Source of the DNA: an uncultured Acidobacteriota bacterium
GTDB lineage: Bacteria; Acidobacteriota; Vicinamibacteria; Fen-336
Direction: 5' to 3'
Assembly: GCA_963720545.1 (NCBI GenBank)
Contig: OY970399.1
Span: 736,001 to 800,000 of the forward strand
Length of the DNA: 64,000 nt
Shown here: one piece after another, positions 39,540 through 54,777 of the stretch
Position numbering within the stretch: the stretch's first letter is position 1
How the letters are laid out: each line of letters opens with the position of its first letter
Translations under genes and position numbers: made by a program
The notes under the pieces: model-generated
Seen by the model: only the letters and a program-made list of their open reading frames with translations
The model's database searches: none
What the model was told of the DNA's origin: nothing

Positions 39540-42014
39540 ATGGATTGGTTTAGGCGGGACCTGAGGGTGGCGGCCAGGATGCTGGCCAAGGACCGGGCGT
39601 TTGCGCTGGCGGCGATCCTGACGCTGACCCTCTGTTTCGCGGCCAACATCGCGCTCTTCTCGGTGGTCCACAACGTCCTGCTGCGGCCGCTGCCCACGCC
39701 CGAGTCGGACCGCATCGTCCTGATGGCGAACATCTACCCCGGTGCCGGGGTGGGCGGGGCTTCCGGGCAGAACTCGGGCGTGCCTGACTACTACGACCGG
39801 CTGCGCGATACGAGCGTCTACGAGTCCCAGTCTCTCTCGCGCAACTCCGACGCCAGCGTCGACTTCGGCGGCGTGCCGACACGGACCTCCGGCATGGCCG
39901 TGACGCCGTCCTACTTCCAGGTGCTGCGCGCGGATGCGGAGCTGGGGAGGCTGTTCCTCGCCGAGGAAGGCGAGCCGGGCAACGAGAAGAAGGTGGTCCT
40001 GAGCGATGCGCTGTGGCGCAGCAAGTTCGGCGCGGACCCGGGCGTCGTCGGCCGCGACCTGCGGCTCGACGGCACGCCCTATGCCATCGTCGGCGTGGCA
40101 CCGCGCTCGCTCGAATCGCTGAACCATGAGGCGGCGTTCTACCGGCCGCTGGCGTTCACCGCCGAGGACCGCTCCGACCAGAACCGCCACAGCAACAGCT
40201 ACCAGAACATCGCGCGGATGAAGCCGGGCGCCAGCCTCGAGCAGGCGCAGGCGCAGATCGACGCGCTCAATGCGGCGAACCTGCTGCGCTTCCCCGAGTA
40301 CAAGGAGATCCTGACGAACGCCCGCTTCCGCACGCTGGTGAAGGGCTGGCAAACGCACCTCACCGCCCGCATCCGCCCCACTTTGATGCTGCTGTGGGGC
40401 GGTGCCTTGTTCGTGTTGCTCATCGGCTGCGTCAACGTCGCGAACCTGGTGCTGGTGCGCGCCCGGGCCCGCCTCAAGGAAATGGCGACGCGCCGCGCGC
40501 TTGGCGCCGGCCAGGGCCAGCTCGTCCGCCAGCTGCTCGTCGAAGGCTGGCTCCTGGCGCTGGTCGCCGCCGCCGGCGGGCTGCTGCTCGGCTACTTCGC
40601 GCTGAAGATGGTGGGCACCGCCGCGGTCGAACACCTGCCGTACGGCGCGCAGGTGGGCCTCGACGGCACCGTGCTGCTCTACGCGCTGGCGCTGGTCCTC
40701 ACCATCGGCACGCTCATCGGCGTCATCCCGGTGCTCGGCACCCGCAACGCCCCGCTGAGCGCCGTGCTGCGCGAGGAGGGCCGCTCCACCACCGTGGGTC
40801 GCGGCGCGCGCCGGCTGCGCCGCAGCCTGGTGGCGGCGCAGGTGGCGTTCACGTTCGTGCTGCTCATCGGCGCGGGCCTGCTGAGCGCGAGCCTGCGCAA
40901 GGTGCTGCAGGTCGATCCCGGCTTCAACCCCGACAACGTCCTGACCGCCTCGGTGCAACTGCCGGCGACTCGCTACGCCAACGATCCCGCGATCGTGAAT
41001 TTCGTGGACGAGGCGGTGCGTCGCATCCGCGCCGTGCCGGGAGTGACGGCGGCCGGGGCTACCGACCGCATCCCGTTCGGCAACTCACAGAACGACAGCG
41101 TCATCCTGGCCGAGGGCTACCAGATGCAGCCCGGCGAGTCGCTGATCTCACCGCAGTACGTCAACACCTCACCCGGCTACTTCGAGGCCATGGGCGCGAG
41201 ACTGCGGAGCGGTCGCTTCTTCGACGAACGCGACTCGGCCAAGGCGCTGCAGGTGATCATGGTCGACCGCAGGCTGGCGCAGCGCTTCTGGCCCGGCCAG
41301 GATCCCGTTGGCCGGCGCATGTACCGGCCCACCGACCTCAACGACTTCACGGCGGTCAGCGAGAAGACCGTGTTCCGCACGGTGGTCGGCGTCATCGAGG
41401 ACATCAAGCTCAACGACATGACCGGTGCCGGCGAGGACGTCGGCGCGTACTACATCCCGGTCGCGCAAGACTCCGGGCACCGCTTCACCTTCGCGGTCAA
41501 GACGAGCGTGCCGCCGGAATCGGTCGTCGGCGGCGTGCGTGCCGCCGTCGCCGCGCTCGACAAGGAGCTGCCGGTGTTCGACGTGCGTACCATGAGCCAG
41601 CGGGTGGACGATGCCTTGGTCGGCCGGCGCACGCCCGCCCTTCTCTCGATGGGCTTCGGCATCACGGCGCTGGTGCTCTCCGCCATCGGCATCTACGGCG
41701 TGCTCGCCTACCTGGTGCTGCAGCGGCGCAAGGAGATCGGCATCCGCATGGCGCTTGGCAGCACCACGCAGGCGATCTTCCGCATGGTGCTGCGCGAGGG
41801 CGCCGGCCTCGTGGCCATCGGCCTCGCCATCGGGCTCGGCGGCGCCTTCGTCTTGCGCAAGGCGCTGGACGCGGAGCTCTACGGCGTGCGCGCCACCGAT
41901 CCGCTGGTGGTCGGCATGGTCGGCATCGTGCTGACGCTCGTGGCGCTCGGCGCGTGCACGCTACCGGCGCGCCGCGCCACCCGCATCGACCCGACGACCG
42001 TCCTCTCCGAGTAG
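39540..42014 (+). CDS. duplicated MacB/FtsX-type ABC permease (ADOP-like)
   Basis: DLRVAAR, LLIGCVNVANL, QRRKEIGIRMALG, LPARRATRIDP; SD GGAGG. Confidence 0.92.
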   Translation: MDWFRRDLRVAARMLAKDRAFALAAILTLTLCFAANIALFSVVHNVLLRPLPTPESDRIVLMANIYPGAGVGGASGQNSGVPDYYDRLRDTSVYESQSLSRNSDASVDFGGVPTRTSGMAVTPSYFQVLRADAELGRLFLAEEGEPGNEKKVVLSDALWRSKFGADPGVVGRDLRLDGTPYAIVGVAPRSLESLNHEAAFYRPLAFTAEDRSDQNRHSNSYQNIARMKPGASLEQAQAQIDALNAANLLRFPEYKEILTNARFRTLVKGWQTHLTARIRPTLMLLWGGALFVLLIGCVNVANLVLVRARARLKEMATRRALGAGQGQLVRQLLVEGWLLALVAAAGGLLLGYFALKMVGTAAVEHLPYGAQVGLDGTVLLYALALVLTIGTLIGVIPVLGTRNAPLSAVLREEGRSTTVGRGARRLRRSLVAAQVAFTFVLLIGAGLLSASLRKVLQVDPGFNPDNVLTASVQLPATRYANDPAIVNFVDEAVRRIRAVPGVTAAGATDRIPFGNSQNDSVILAEGYQMQPGESLISPQYVNTSPGYFEAMGARLRSGRFFDERDSAKALQVIMVDRRLAQRFWPGQDPVGRRMYRPTDLNDFTAVSEKTVFRTVVGVIEDIKLNDMTGAGEDVGAYYIPVAQDSGHRFTFAVKTSVPPESVVGGVRAAVAALDKELPVFDVRTMSQRVDDALVGRRTPALLSMGFGITALVLSAIGIYGVLAYLVLQRRKEIGIRMALGSTTQAIFRMVLREGAGLVAIGLAIGLGGAFVLRKALDAELYGVRATDPLVVGMVGIVLTLVALGACTLPARRATRIDPTTVLSE

Positions 42015-42021
42015 CTCGAAG

Positions 42022-42720
42022 TCAGAGACCCAGACGGCGCAGGAGCGTCAGCGCCTGGGTGCGGCTCAGCGGGTCGAGGAAGAAGACGCTGACCCGCATC
42101 GTGCCGTGATCGGCGGGCGCCGCGCCGCAGACGCGGGCTGCGCTGAACACGGCGCCGTTGTCGATGTCGACGTTGATGTCGTCGCCGATCGAGAGCGGCA
42201 GCGCGGTCAGGAGGCGCGCGCCGCCGGCCGACAGGTCTTCGGTGATCGCGAGCTCCGAACAAGGACCCTGGCCGAGCCCCACTTTCACGGTCAGGACCGC
42301 CTGGTGACGCGCGGTGCGGCGCACGTCCGTGGTCTGCGCAGGCAGCATGAACGAACCTGCCGGGCTCGCGGTGAAACCCGCCGGCGCGGTCTTGCCGTGG
42401 AACATCACGCCGACGAGGGGCGGTGCGCCGCGGCGCACGTGGCGGACGATGGCGAACACGTTGTAGGTGGGGGCATCGGCGCCGAAGCGCCGCAGGCTGG
42501 CGGGCACCTCGGTCTGCAACTGCAGCACCTGGCCGGGAAACACGCGGTGCGCGAGCGGGAACGCCAGGCCGCCGCGGCAGCCGTTCACCGTCCGGGTTTG
42601 TTCCGCCCAGCGGGTGGTGAGGTCGTCGAAGCCGAGGACCGCCGTCTGGGCAACCAGTGGCCGCCGCGCCTCCGCCCTCCGTGTCGCCCGGTTTTCTCGC
42701 ATGAGCCTTGTCGTTTGCAT
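42022..42720 (-). CDS. tandem PilZ-domain protein (start 42720 or 42702)
   Basis: RRAEAR..NGCRGG and RRTAR..EDLSAGG, matching RxxxR and (D/N)xSxxG-like motifs. Confidence 0.7.
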   Translation of the reverse strand: MQTTRLMRENRATRRAEARRPLVAQTAVLGFDDLTTRWAEQTRTVNGCRGGLAFPLAHRVFPGQVLQLQTEVPASLRRFGADAPTYNVFAIVRHVRRGAPPLVGVMFHGKTAPAGFTASPAGSFMLPAQTTDVRRTARHQAVLTVKVGLGQGPCSELAITEDLSAGGARLLTALPLSIGDDINVDIDNGAVFSAARVCGAAPADHGTMRVSVFFLDPLSRTQALTLLRRLGL

Positions 42721-42731
42721 CGTGCCTGGCC

Positions 42732-42817
42732 TGGTGCGGAAGGAGGGACTCGAACCCCCACGCCCTTTCGGGCTCATGGTCCTAAGCCATGCGCGTCTGC
42801 CGTTTCGCCACTTCCGC
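42732..42817 (-). tRNA. tRNA-Leu (TAG)
   Basis: Acceptor GCGGAAG/CTTCCGC, anticodon arm CATGG-CT-TAG-GA-CCATG, long variable arm GCCCGAAAGGGC, TTCGAGT, 3' ACCA. Confidence 0.97.
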
Positions 42818-42845
42818 TCGTTTCTTGATCCGATAGTACCGCCGC

Positions 42846-44069
42846 TTACAACGAAGGGGAAAGCGCCCGGTCGAGGTCCGCGCACAAATCGTCGGGGTCC
42901 TCGAGGCCGACCGAGACGCGAAAAACGCCGTCGCCAGCAAAACCGCGGTAGCGCTCGAGGGCCGCTGCGTCGAGGTGGAACGACGCCTGCTGCACTTCGT
43001 CGGTCGCGATGTAGAAGATGAGGCTCTTGTGGTGCCCGAGCGAGACCGTGTAGTGGAACACCTCGAGCGCGCCGCGCAGCCGCCGGGCCGTCTCGGGCCC
43101 GTCGGCGACGCGGAAAGCCAGCATCCCCGACGCGTTCGCCATCTGTCGCGCCGCCAGCTCGCGCTGCGGGTGCGAGTCGAGCCCGGGATAGATCACGCGC
43201 TCCACCGAGGCGTGCCCTTCGAGGAATTGGGCAACCTGCAAGGCGCCGTCGGCATGCGCGCGCATTCGCAGAGGCAGGGTCGCGAGGCCGCGCATGATGA
43301 GCCAGGCGCTCCACGGGCTGAGGATAGCGCCCAGGTGCGCGACGCCTTCCTGGCGCAGCGGCCGCAGCAGGTCCGTGCGGCCGATGACGGCGCCGCCCAT
43401 CGCGTCGCCGTGGCCGGACATGTACTTGGTGAGCGAGTGGATGACGAAGTCGGCGCCGAGGCCGAGCGGCAGCGTCGCCACCGGCGTCGCGAACGTCGAA
43501 TCGACGGCGAAGAGTGCGCCTTGCTCGTGGACGATTGCAGCCGTGGCGGCGATGTCGGTGAGGCGCAGGATCGGGTTCGCCGGCGTCTCGGCGAGCACCA
43601 GGCGCGTGTGCTTGCGCAGCGCGCCGCGCAGCAGGTCCGCATCGGACAGGTCTACCGCCGACACTTCGATGCCGTAGCGCGGCAGCGTCGTCTTCGCAAA
43701 CTCCGCCACGCCCACGTAACAGGCGTCGCTGTAGATGAGGTGGTCGCCGGCGCGCAGGCGCGCGAGCAGGAGCGCCGTGGTCGCGGCCATGCCGCTGCCG
43801 AAGGCGACCGCCGCCTCCCCTTCCTCGAGGTCAGCGAGCTTCTCTTCCAGCTGCCTCACGGTCGGGTTGCCCTCGCGGGCGTAGAGGAAGGGAGCGTTCG
43901 CGAGGTCGCCGCTGGTGGCAAAGCCAGTGTCGGTAGCCGGCACGAAACTGGTCGAAAGCACCACCGAGGGCGCAACGGCGCCCGTCCCGGGCTCGGCCGA
44001 CTCTCCGGCATGCACGGCGCGGGTGCGCAGGCCGAACTTCCTGCTGGATGTTGACGTTGGCGTGGGCAT
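42846..44069 (-). CDS. PLP-dependent trans-sulfuration enzyme (cystathionine gamma-synthase/lyase family)
   Basis: YAREGNPT, FGSGMAA, ETPANP, DSTFATP, HSLTKYMSGHGD, RVSVGLED. Confidence 0.92.
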   Translation of the reverse strand: MPTPTSTSSRKFGLRTRAVHAGESAEPGTGAVAPSVVLSTSFVPATDTGFATSGDLANAPFLYAREGNPTVRQLEEKLADLEEGEAAVAFGSGMAATTALLLARLRAGDHLIYSDACYVGVAEFAKTTLPRYGIEVSAVDLSDADLLRGALRKHTRLVLAETPANPILRLTDIAATAAIVHEQGALFAVDSTFATPVATLPLGLGADFVIHSLTKYMSGHGDAMGGAVIGRTDLLRPLRQEGVAHLGAILSPWSAWLIMRGLATLPLRMRAHADGALQVAQFLEGHASVERVIYPGLDSHPQRELAARQMANASGMLAFRVADGPETARRLRGALEVFHYTVSLGHHKSLIFYIATDEVQQASFHLDAAALERYRGFAGDGVFRVSVGLEDPDDLCADLDRALSPSL

Positions 44070-44144
44070 GTGGCCGATCGTATCCCGTGCGAGGCTTCCG
44101 GCGGACTCACTGTAAAATGGGCGTTTAGAAGCGAGGACGCATTG

Positions 44145-45425
44145 GTGAAAGTCGAGTTGGTCGAGGAGTCGGCGGTGCGCAAGGCCCTGTCGTTCGAGAT
44201 CGAGGCCGAGACCGTCGACCGTGAGATCGAGGCCAAGTCCCGGGAGTACGCGAAGAACGTGAAGCTGCCCGGCTTCCGCCCCGGCAAGATCCCGACCCAC
44301 GTGGTGAAGCAGCGGTTCAAGCCGCAGGTCCTGGAGGAGGTCGCCGAGACCATCATCAATAAGGTGGTGTTCGACGAACTCGAGGGCCGCGGCCTGCGCC
44401 CGCTCAGCAACCCGCAGGTCGCCGACCTCAAGATCGACGAGGGCCAGCCGATGACCTTCCGCGCGGTGTTCGAGACGCTGCCGGTGATCACCAAGCTGCC
44501 CGAATACAAGGGGCTCGCCGCGACTACCCGTACCCCGGCGGTGGCGGATGCCGACATCGACAAGGAAGTGGACGACCTGCGCGAGCAGCAGGCACGCTTC
44601 GAGGACATCGAGCCGCGGCCCGCTGCAAGCCGCGACTTCGCGGTGGTGGACATCGGCTGGAAGCCGCAGGACGGCGGCAAGGGCGGCCGCGACCAGAACG
44701 CAATCCTCGAGATCGGCAGCACCGACAACCACCAGGACATCAACGACGCACTCGTCGGCATGCAACCCGGCGACGAGAAAGCGATCACCGTCTCGTACGG
44801 CGAGGACAGCCCGGTGCCGTCGCTCAGCGGCAAGACGCTCGACTACACGCTGAGCGTCAAGTCGTTGAAGGCGAAGGTGGCGCCCGCGGCCGACGATGCG
44901 TTCGCGAAAAGCCTCGGCGAGTTCGAGAGCCTCGAGGCGCTGCGCAGCGCCATCCGCGAGGGGCTGCACAAGGCCGAAGAGCGCCGCATCGACCGCGAAA
45001 CCAAGGATGCGCTCGTCGCCAGCCTCGTCGAGAAGGCCGACTTCGAGGTGCCCGAGGCGCTGGTGGAGCGGCACATGAGCGCGCGCACCGAAGACATGGC
45101 GCGCGGCCTGGCCATGCGCGGCGTCGACCCGTCGAAGATCAACTTCGACTGGCGCAAGTTCCGCGACGCGCAGCGCGACGAGTCGGTGAAGGCGGCGAAG
45201 GCCGACATCCTGCTGCACGAGATCGCGAAACAGGAGCAGGTCGAGGTGTCGGACATCGATGTGCAGCAGGAACTCGAACGGCTCGCAGCGCGTGCCCGCC
45301 GCCCGGTGGAAACGCTGCGCGCGCAGATGGAAAAAGAGGGCGATCTCGAGTCACTGCGCGGGCGCCTGCGCGAAGAGCGCACCCTTGACTTGATCAAGTC
45401 GGCTGCTAGATTGGAGACCGCCTGA
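44145..45425 (+). CDS. tig: trigger factor
   Basis: LPGFRPGK signature, FKBP-like middle domain, position before clpP. Confidence 0.95.
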   Translation: MKVELVEESAVRKALSFEIEAETVDREIEAKSREYAKNVKLPGFRPGKIPTHVVKQRFKPQVLEEVAETIINKVVFDELEGRGLRPLSNPQVADLKIDEGQPMTFRAVFETLPVITKLPEYKGLAATTRTPAVADADIDKEVDDLREQQARFEDIEPRPAASRDFAVVDIGWKPQDGGKGGRDQNAILEIGSTDNHQDINDALVGMQPGDEKAITVSYGEDSPVPSLSGKTLDYTLSVKSLKAKVAPAADDAFAKSLGEFESLEALRSAIREGLHKAEERRIDRETKDALVASLVEKADFEVPEALVERHMSARTEDMARGLAMRGVDPSKINFDWRKFRDAQRDESVKAAKADILLHEIAKQEQVEVSDIDVQQELERLAARARRPVETLRAQMEKEGDLESLRGRLREERTLDLIKSAARLETA

Positions 45426-46024
45426 TGTCCTATTCCGGAACGCTCGTACCGATGGTCGTGGAGCAGACCGCGCGCGGCGAGCGCGCCTACGACATCTACT
45501 CCCGCCTGCTGAAGGACAACATCGTCTTCATCGGCACGCCCATCGACGACAACATCGCGAACCTCATCATCGCCCAGCTGCTGTTCCTCGAGGCGGAAGA
45601 CCCGGAAAAGGACATCCACGTCTACATCAACAGCCCGGGAGGCTCCACCACCGCCGGCATGGCGATCTACGACACCATGCAGCTGGTGCGCCCGGACGTG
45701 CAGACGATCTGCGTGGGCCAGGCCGCCTCCATGGGGGCGGTGCTGCTTTCCGCCGGGCGCAAGGGAAAGCGCTTCGTTTTGCCCAATTCCAGGGTGCTGA
45801 TTCACCAACCGTGGGGTGGCGCACAAGGCCAGGCGTCGGATATTGCTATACAAGCAAAGGAAATCCTGAGGACGCGCGACCGGATCAACCAGATCCTCTC
45901 CCAGCACTGCGGACAGACGCTGGAGAAGATCCAGACAGACACCGACCGCGACTTCATCATGGATGCGGAGCAGGCGAAGGAGTATGGTATTGTGGACCAC
46001 GTGATCTCTCGCCGAGAGAAGTAG
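45425..46024 (+). CDS. clpP: ATP-dependent Clp protease proteolytic subunit
   Basis: [32 protein letters not shown]. Confidence 0.98.
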   Translation: MSYSGTLVPMVVEQTARGERAYDIYSRLLKDNIVFIGTPIDDNIANLIIAQLLFLEAEDPEKDIHVYINSPGGSTTAGMAIYDTMQLVRPDVQTICVGQAASMGAVLLSAGRKGKRFVLPNSRVLIHQPWGGAQGQASDIAIQAKEILRTRDRINQILSQHCGQTLEKIQTDTDRDFIMDAEQAKEYGIVDHVISRREK

Positions 46025-46037
46025 CGAAGGAGAGGCC

Positions 46038-47294
<1,257 letters not shown>

Positions 47295-47364
47295 CCGCAC
47301 CGGCCGGCAGGTGACGGCGCCGCAGCAGGGGCGCTAGAGTGCAGCCAGGGAGAAGGCCCGCAGC

Positions 47365-49779
<2,415 letters not shown>

Positions 49780-49844
49780 CAACCGCAAGCCCGGCCCGCG
49801 CCGGGAAGCCGCTCCAACTGGACGCAGAAGCCGGACGCCACGAC

Positions 49845-51176
49845 ATGGAAACCGAGCAAGCCCCGCCCGCCGCACCCCCCGCGCCGCCCGCGGCAGGGGC
49901 TGCGCCTGTTCCGCCGCCGCCCGCGCTGACGCTTGCCGCGCTGAAGGCGATGCCGATCCGGCAGCTCAACGCGCTGGCAGTGGAATACGGCGTGCCCGAG
50001 GCGGTCGGCATGCGCAAGCACGACCTGATCTTCAAGGTCCTGGGCGTGCAGACGCAGCGCAACGGAGTGGTGCACGCGCGCGGCGTGCTCGAGGTGATGG
50101 CCGAGGGCTACGGCTTCATCCGCTCGCCCGAGTCGAACTACCTGCCGGGGCCCGACGACGTCTACGTCTCGCCGTCGCAGATCCGCCGCTTCGACCTGCG
50201 CACCGGCGACACCCTCACCGGCATGGTGCGCGGCCCTCGCGAGAACGAGCGCTTCTTCGCGCTGGTGAAGGTGGAGTCGGTCAACTTCGAGCCGCCCGAT
50301 ACCGCGCAGAAGGCGCTCTACGACAACCTCACGCCGCTCTATCCGCGCGAGCGCCTGCGCCTCGAGACCACGCCCGACAACTACACCGCGCGCGTGCTCG
50401 ACCTGCTGACCCCGATCGGCAAGGGGCAGCGCGGCCTGATCGTGGCGGCGCCGCGCACCGGCAAGACCTTCATCCTGCAGAACATGGCGAACGCCATCGT
50501 CGCCAACAACCCCGACGTCACGCTGATCGTGCTGCTGATCGACGAGCGGCCCGAGGAAGTGACCGACATGCAGCGCATCGTCAAGGGAGGCGAGGTGATC
50601 GCCTCGACCTTCGACGAGCCGGCCGCGCGGCACGTGGCGGTGGCCGAGATCGTGATCGAGAAGGCCAAGCGGCTGGTGGAGCACAAGCGCGACGTGGTGA
50701 TCCTGCTCGACTCGATCACGCGCCTGGCGCGCGCCTACAACGCGATAGCACCGTCCTCGGGCAAGATCCTCTCGGGCGGCGTCGACTCGAACGCGCTGCA
50801 GCGGCCGAAGCGCTTCTTCGGCGCGGCGCGCAAGATCGAGGACGGCGGCTCGCTCACCATCATCGCCACCGCCCTCGTCGACACCGGCTCGCGCATGGAC
50901 GAGGTGATCTTCGAGGAGTTCAAGGGCACCGGCAACATGGAGATCGTCCTCGACCGCAAGATGTCCGACCGCCGCATCTATCCCGCGGTCGACATCAACC
51001 GCAGCGGCACCCGCAAGGAGGAGCTGCTGCTGCCCAAGGACGAGCTGTCGCGCGTCTGGATACTGCGCAAGGTGATGAGCAGCCTCTCGCCCATCGAGGC
51101 GATGGAGCTGATCCTGGAGCGCATGGCGAAGACGAAGAGCAACAAGGAATTCCTCGACGCCATGAGCATGAGCTAG
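49845..51176 (+). CDS. rho: transcription termination factor Rho
   Basis: [46 protein letters not shown]; short Pro/Ala N-terminal extension. Confidence 0.97.
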   Translation: METEQAPPAAPPAPPAAGAAPVPPPPALTLAALKAMPIRQLNALAVEYGVPEAVGMRKHDLIFKVLGVQTQRNGVVHARGVLEVMAEGYGFIRSPESNYLPGPDDVYVSPSQIRRFDLRTGDTLTGMVRGPRENERFFALVKVESVNFEPPDTAQKALYDNLTPLYPRERLRLETTPDNYTARVLDLLTPIGKGQRGLIVAAPRTGKTFILQNMANAIVANNPDVTLIVLLIDERPEEVTDMQRIVKGGEVIASTFDEPAARHVAVAEIVIEKAKRLVEHKRDVVILLDSITRLARAYNAIAPSSGKILSGGVDSNALQRPKRFFGAARKIEDGGSLTIIATALVDTGSRMDEVIFEEFKGTGNMEIVLDRKMSDRRIYPAVDINRSGTRKEELLLPKDELSRVWILRKVMSSLSPIEAMELILERMAKTKSNKEFLDAMSMS

Positions 51177-52639
51177 CCGGCGGCGGCGGCGGCGCGCGCG
51201 TCGTCGAGCACCATCGCCATGTCGTTGCGCGTGGTGCGGTAGTTGGTGACACAGGCGCGCAGTGCGAAGCGGCCGCGGATCGAGGCGTTCGAGATGTAGG
51301 AGCTGCCGCCCAGCTGCATTCGGCCGAGGAGCTGTTCGTTGCAGGCGTCAATCTCGCGTTCATCCCCCGCGCTGCGTTCCGTGCGGCCGCGCTGGGCCTC
51401 GGGCAGGTAGCGGAAGCAGACGATCGAAAGCTCCAGCGGCGCCAGCATCTCGAAGTCGCCGCTCTGCCGCACCAGCGCTTCGCAGTGGCGCGCCGCATCG
51501 AGGTTCGACTCGATCGCCGCCGTCATCCCCCGGGCGCCGACGTGCGCGAGCACCATCCAGAGCTTCAGCGCGCGGAAGCGCCGCGACAGCTCCGGGCCGT
51601 AGTCCCAGAAGGCAAACTGCTCGTCGGGATCCTCGAGCATCACGCGGGTGTAGTCGGCGCCGAGGTTCCAGGCTGGTCGCACCGACTCCGCGTCGCGGTA
51701 GATCAGGCAGCCGCAGTCGACCGGCAGGTACAGCCACTTGTGCGGGTCGAGCGACAGCGAGTCGGCCTCGGCCAGGCCGTCGAACAGGTGCCGCACCGAA
51801 GGGGCCATCGCCGCGACGCCGCCGTAGGCGCCGTCCACGTGCGTCCAGAGGTCGTGCCGGCGCGCCACCGCAAGGATGTCACGCAGCGGATCGACGGCGC
51901 CGGTGACTACCGTGCCGGCGCTCGCCACCACGCAGAAAGGGGTGTGGCCGGCGGCGCGATCGGCCGCAACCTGCCGCTCGAGGTCGGACACGTCCATGCG
52001 CAGCCGCGTGTCGAGCGCCACGCGACGCACGTTGCGGCGGCCGATGCCGAGCACGGCCGCGGCCTTGTCGATCGAGTGATGCGCGTCCTGCGAGACGTAG
52101 ACGCGCAGCGTCCCAGCCGCCTGCATGCCGTCCTCGCTGGCGGTGTCGCCGCAGCGGCGGTGACGGGCGGCGCAGAGCGCGGCGAGATTCGCCATCGAGC
52201 CGCCGCTCATCAGCAAGCCCGAGGCGGCGGGGTCACAGCCGAGCGCTTCCTTGAGCCAGTCGACCACCACCCTCTCGAGCTGCACCGGCGCGGGTGCCGA
52301 GCGCCACGCCGTGAGGTTGGCGCCAAGGGCCGAGGCGAGCAGGTCGGCCACCGCGCCCACCGCGGTGCCGGGCGAGGTGACATAGCCGAGCGCACGCGGA
52401 TGCGCGTTCTGGCGGCTGTTCGGCACGATCACGTCGCGGAACACCGCGAACAACTCCTCGAAACCGCGGCCGGCCTGCGGCAGCGGTTCGCGCAGCAGGG
52501 CATCGAGAGCGCGCGCCGAGGTGCGCGGGTAGACGGCGGCAGCGCGGATGCCGTCGTGGTAACGCGCCATCCATTCGACGGCCAGGCCGCCGATAGCGCG
52601 GATTTCATCGGCGGTCGGATCGAGTGGCGAATCGCCCAT
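51173..52639 (-). CDS. group II PLP-dependent amino-acid decarboxylase
   Basis: [50 protein letters not shown]. Confidence 0.92.
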   Translation of the reverse strand: MGDSPLDPTADEIRAIGGLAVEWMARYHDGIRAAAVYPRTSARALDALLREPLPQAGRGFEELFAVFRDVIVPNSRQNAHPRALGYVTSPGTAVGAVADLLASALGANLTAWRSAPAPVQLERVVVDWLKEALGCDPAASGLLMSGGSMANLAALCAARHRRCGDTASEDGMQAAGTLRVYVSQDAHHSIDKAAAVLGIGRRNVRRVALDTRLRMDVSDLERQVAADRAAGHTPFCVVASAGTVVTGAVDPLRDILAVARRHDLWTHVDGAYGGVAAMAPSVRHLFDGLAEADSLSLDPHKWLYLPVDCGCLIYRDAESVRPAWNLGADYTRVMLEDPDEQFAFWDYGPELSRRFRALKLWMVLAHVGARGMTAAIESNLDAARHCEALVRQSGDFEMLAPLELSIVCFRYLPEAQRGRTERSAGDEREIDACNEQLLGRMQLGGSSYISNASIRGRFALRACVTNYRTTRNDMAMVLDDARAAAAAG

Positions 52640-52666
52640 GAGGGCGATGCTAGTACGCGTCTGCGC

Positions 52667-53191
52667 CTAGACGCGCGACTTGCGCTCCGTGAAGATGCGC
52701 AGCAGGCCGTTCACCGCCAGGTGCAGCAGGATGTAGACGACGAGCGCCGCGATGTAGGAAAACATCAGCTGCATGGAGCCGACCGACGGATCGCGGAACA
52801 GGCCGCGGAACGGCGCCAGCAGCGGCATGCTGAGCGCATCGATGAAGCGCTTGAAACCGCTCGACTCGCGCGCACCGAACAGCTCGAGGACGATCTCGAC
52901 GCTGATGAGCCCGTAGGCGAGGTAGAACAGGTAGTCGATGACCTGCGAGGAACGGGTGACGCCGCGCGCCCGGCCCAGTTCGCGCTCGGTCTGCGCCACC
53001 TCGCTGGTCGCCTTGTGGCGCAGGTCGGCAGCCACCGAGCGGATCTCGGCCTGGTCGGCGGGGCTCCCCGCGGCATTCGATTCGCGCGCGATGCTCTGGT
53101 GGACGTCTCCCTCGAGCTTGCTCTTGATGCGCTCGTGCTGCGCGATCCGGCGGGCTTCGTCCTCGGCTACGGCAACCTTGTCAGGTTCCAT
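52667..53191 (-). CDS. YggT-family membrane protein
   Basis: N-terminal helical region then TM-LFGA..GF...[19 protein letters not shown]. Confidence 0.7.
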   Translation of the reverse strand: MEPDKVAVAEDEARRIAQHERIKSKLEGDVHQSIARESNAAGSPADQAEIRSVAADLRHKATSEVAQTERELGRARGVTRSSQVIDYLFYLAYGLISVEIVLELFGARESSGFKRFIDALSMPLLAPFRGLFRDPSVGSMQLMFSYIAALVVYILLHLAVNGLLRIFTERKSRV

Positions 53192-53218
53192 TCATGCGCC
53201 TCCGTGCCCAGGTAGAGC

Positions 53219-53234
53219 AGCAATCGGCGTGCCG
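53219..53234 (-). promoter_or_regulatory. putative sigma54 promoter
   Basis: Minus strand CGGCACGCCGATTGCT, near-consensus -24/-12, ~28 nt before the YggT-like start. Confidence 0.6.
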
Positions 53235-53345
53235 CCGCAATGCGCTGCGGAGAGGCCTTTAGCCGGTTTCGCGGGGCGTTCCAGGGTGTTTTCTACAAAG
53301 TGGGCCCCGGGAGGTTCGCGCGGCCTCTGGTATACTCGAGGAGCT

Positions 53346-53576
53346 ATGAAGCCAGGTATTCACCCCGTTTACAACGCAGTCCCGGTCCATTGCGCCTGTG
53401 GCGCGACCTGGACGGCGCGCTCCACCAAGGGCCCGGAGATCCGTCTCGAGATCTGCTCCCAGTGCCATCCGTTCTTCACCGGCAAGCAGAAGCTCATCGA
53501 CTCCGCCGGCCGCATCGAGCGGTTCAACCGCAAGTTCGGCAAGAAGGAAGTCAAGGCAGCAGACGCCCAGGCGTAG
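53346..53576 (+). CDS. rpmE: 50S ribosomal protein L31 (Zn-binding type)
   Basis: [27 protein letters not shown] and SD GAGGAG upstream. Confidence 0.97.
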   Translation: MKPGIHPVYNAVPVHCACGATWTARSTKGPEIRLEICSQCHPFFTGKQKLIDSAGRIERFNRKFGKKEVKAADAQA

Positions 53577-53583
53577 CCGCGCC

Positions 53584-53638
53584 ACGCCCCGTTCCCGTGC
53601 AGGAGCATTCTCACGGGCACGGGGCGTTTCCTTTTTTG
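53584..53638 (+). terminator. Rho-independent terminator-like hairpin after rpmE
   Basis: ACGCCCCGT.CCCGTG...CACGGG.ACGGGGCGT followed by TTCCTTTTTT. Confidence 0.7.
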
Positions 53639-53672
53639 CGGGCGCAGGACTTTTTTCGAAAGGCGACGGGCA

Positions 53673-54758
53673 GTGGACGCGATCACGTTTCAGAAGCTGC
53701 GGGACATCGAGGCGCGGTTCGGGCAGGTCGAGGCATCCATGTCCGACCCGGCCGTGGTCCAGGACCAGTCCGCCTACCAGAAGCTGGCGCGCGAAGCCAA
53801 GGACCTGACGCCGATCGTCGAGCGCTACCGCGCCTACAAGGACGTGCTCGGCGAGAGCGCCAAGGTGGACGAGATGCTGCGCACCGAGACGGACGCCGAG
53901 CTGAAGGCGATGGCGCATGAGGAATTGCGCGCGTTGCAGCAGCGCCAGGCGGCGCTCGAGGCCGAGATCCCGCCGCTGCTCATCCCCAAGGATCCGAACG
54001 ACGAGAAGAACGTCCTGCTCGAGATCCGCGCGGGCACCGGCGGCGACGAGGCTGCGTTGTTTGCCGGCGAGATGTTTCGCATGTACTCGCGCTACGCCGA
54101 GCGCCAGGGCTGGAAGGTGGACGTCATCTCTTCGAACAAGACCGGCCAGGGCGGCATCAAGGAAGTGATCGCCATGATCGAGGGCGACCGCGTCTACTCG
54201 AAGCTGCGCTACGAGAGCGGCGTGCACCGCGTGCAGCGCGTGCCGGTGACCGAGGGCTCGGGACGCATCCACACCTCGGCGATCACCGTCGCCATCCTGC
54301 CCGAGGCCGAGGACGTGGACGTCAAGATCGAGGCGAAAGACCTGCGCATCGACACCTTCTGTTCGTCGGGGCCCGGCGGCCAGAGCGTCAACACCACCTA
54401 CTCGGCGGTGCGCATCACGCACATCCCGACCAACACCGTGGTCTCGTGCCAGGACGAGAAGAGCCAGATCAAGAACCGCGAGAAGGCGATGAAGGTGCTG
54501 CGCGCGCGCCTCTACGAGGTGGCGCTCGAGGAGCAGCAGAAGGCGATCGCCAGCGACCGCAAGAACCAGGTGGGCTCGGGCGACCGCAGTGAGAAGATCC
54601 GCACCTACAACTACCCGCAGAACCGCATCACCGACCACCGCATCGGCCTGACCGTGCACCAGCTCTCGGCAGTCCTCGACGGCGCGCTCGACGAAGTCCT
54701 CGGCGCGCTCTCCGCGCACTACCAGGCCGAGCGGCTCAAGAAGTCGACCGCGGCCTGA
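53673..54758 (+). CDS. prfA: peptide chain release factor 1
   Basis: PVT (PxT) motif, [14 protein letters not shown]. Confidence 0.98.
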   Translation: MDAITFQKLRDIEARFGQVEASMSDPAVVQDQSAYQKLAREAKDLTPIVERYRAYKDVLGESAKVDEMLRTETDAELKAMAHEELRALQQRQAALEAEIPPLLIPKDPNDEKNVLLEIRAGTGGDEAALFAGEMFRMYSRYAERQGWKVDVISSNKTGQGGIKEVIAMIEGDRVYSKLRYESGVHRVQRVPVTEGSGRIHTSAITVAILPEAEDVDVKIEAKDLRIDTFCSSGPGGQSVNTTYSAVRITHIPTNTVVSCQDEKSQIKNREKAMKVLRARLYEVALEEQQKAIASDRKNQVGSGDRSEKIRTYNYPQNRITDHRIGLTVHQLSAVLDGALDEVLGALSAHYQAERLKKSTAA

Positions 54759-54777
54759 AGGCGCGCGGCCGCTGAGC

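Noticed and set aside
42732..42760. Second island at tRNA-Leu
   Set aside because: I found no duplicate of its 3' end and no integrase by eye; a BLASTn self-search would settle it.
42721..43314. N-terminal extension of the 430-aa PilZ ORF
   Set aside because: It runs through tRNA-Leu and the trans-sulfuration gene; an artefact of high GC.
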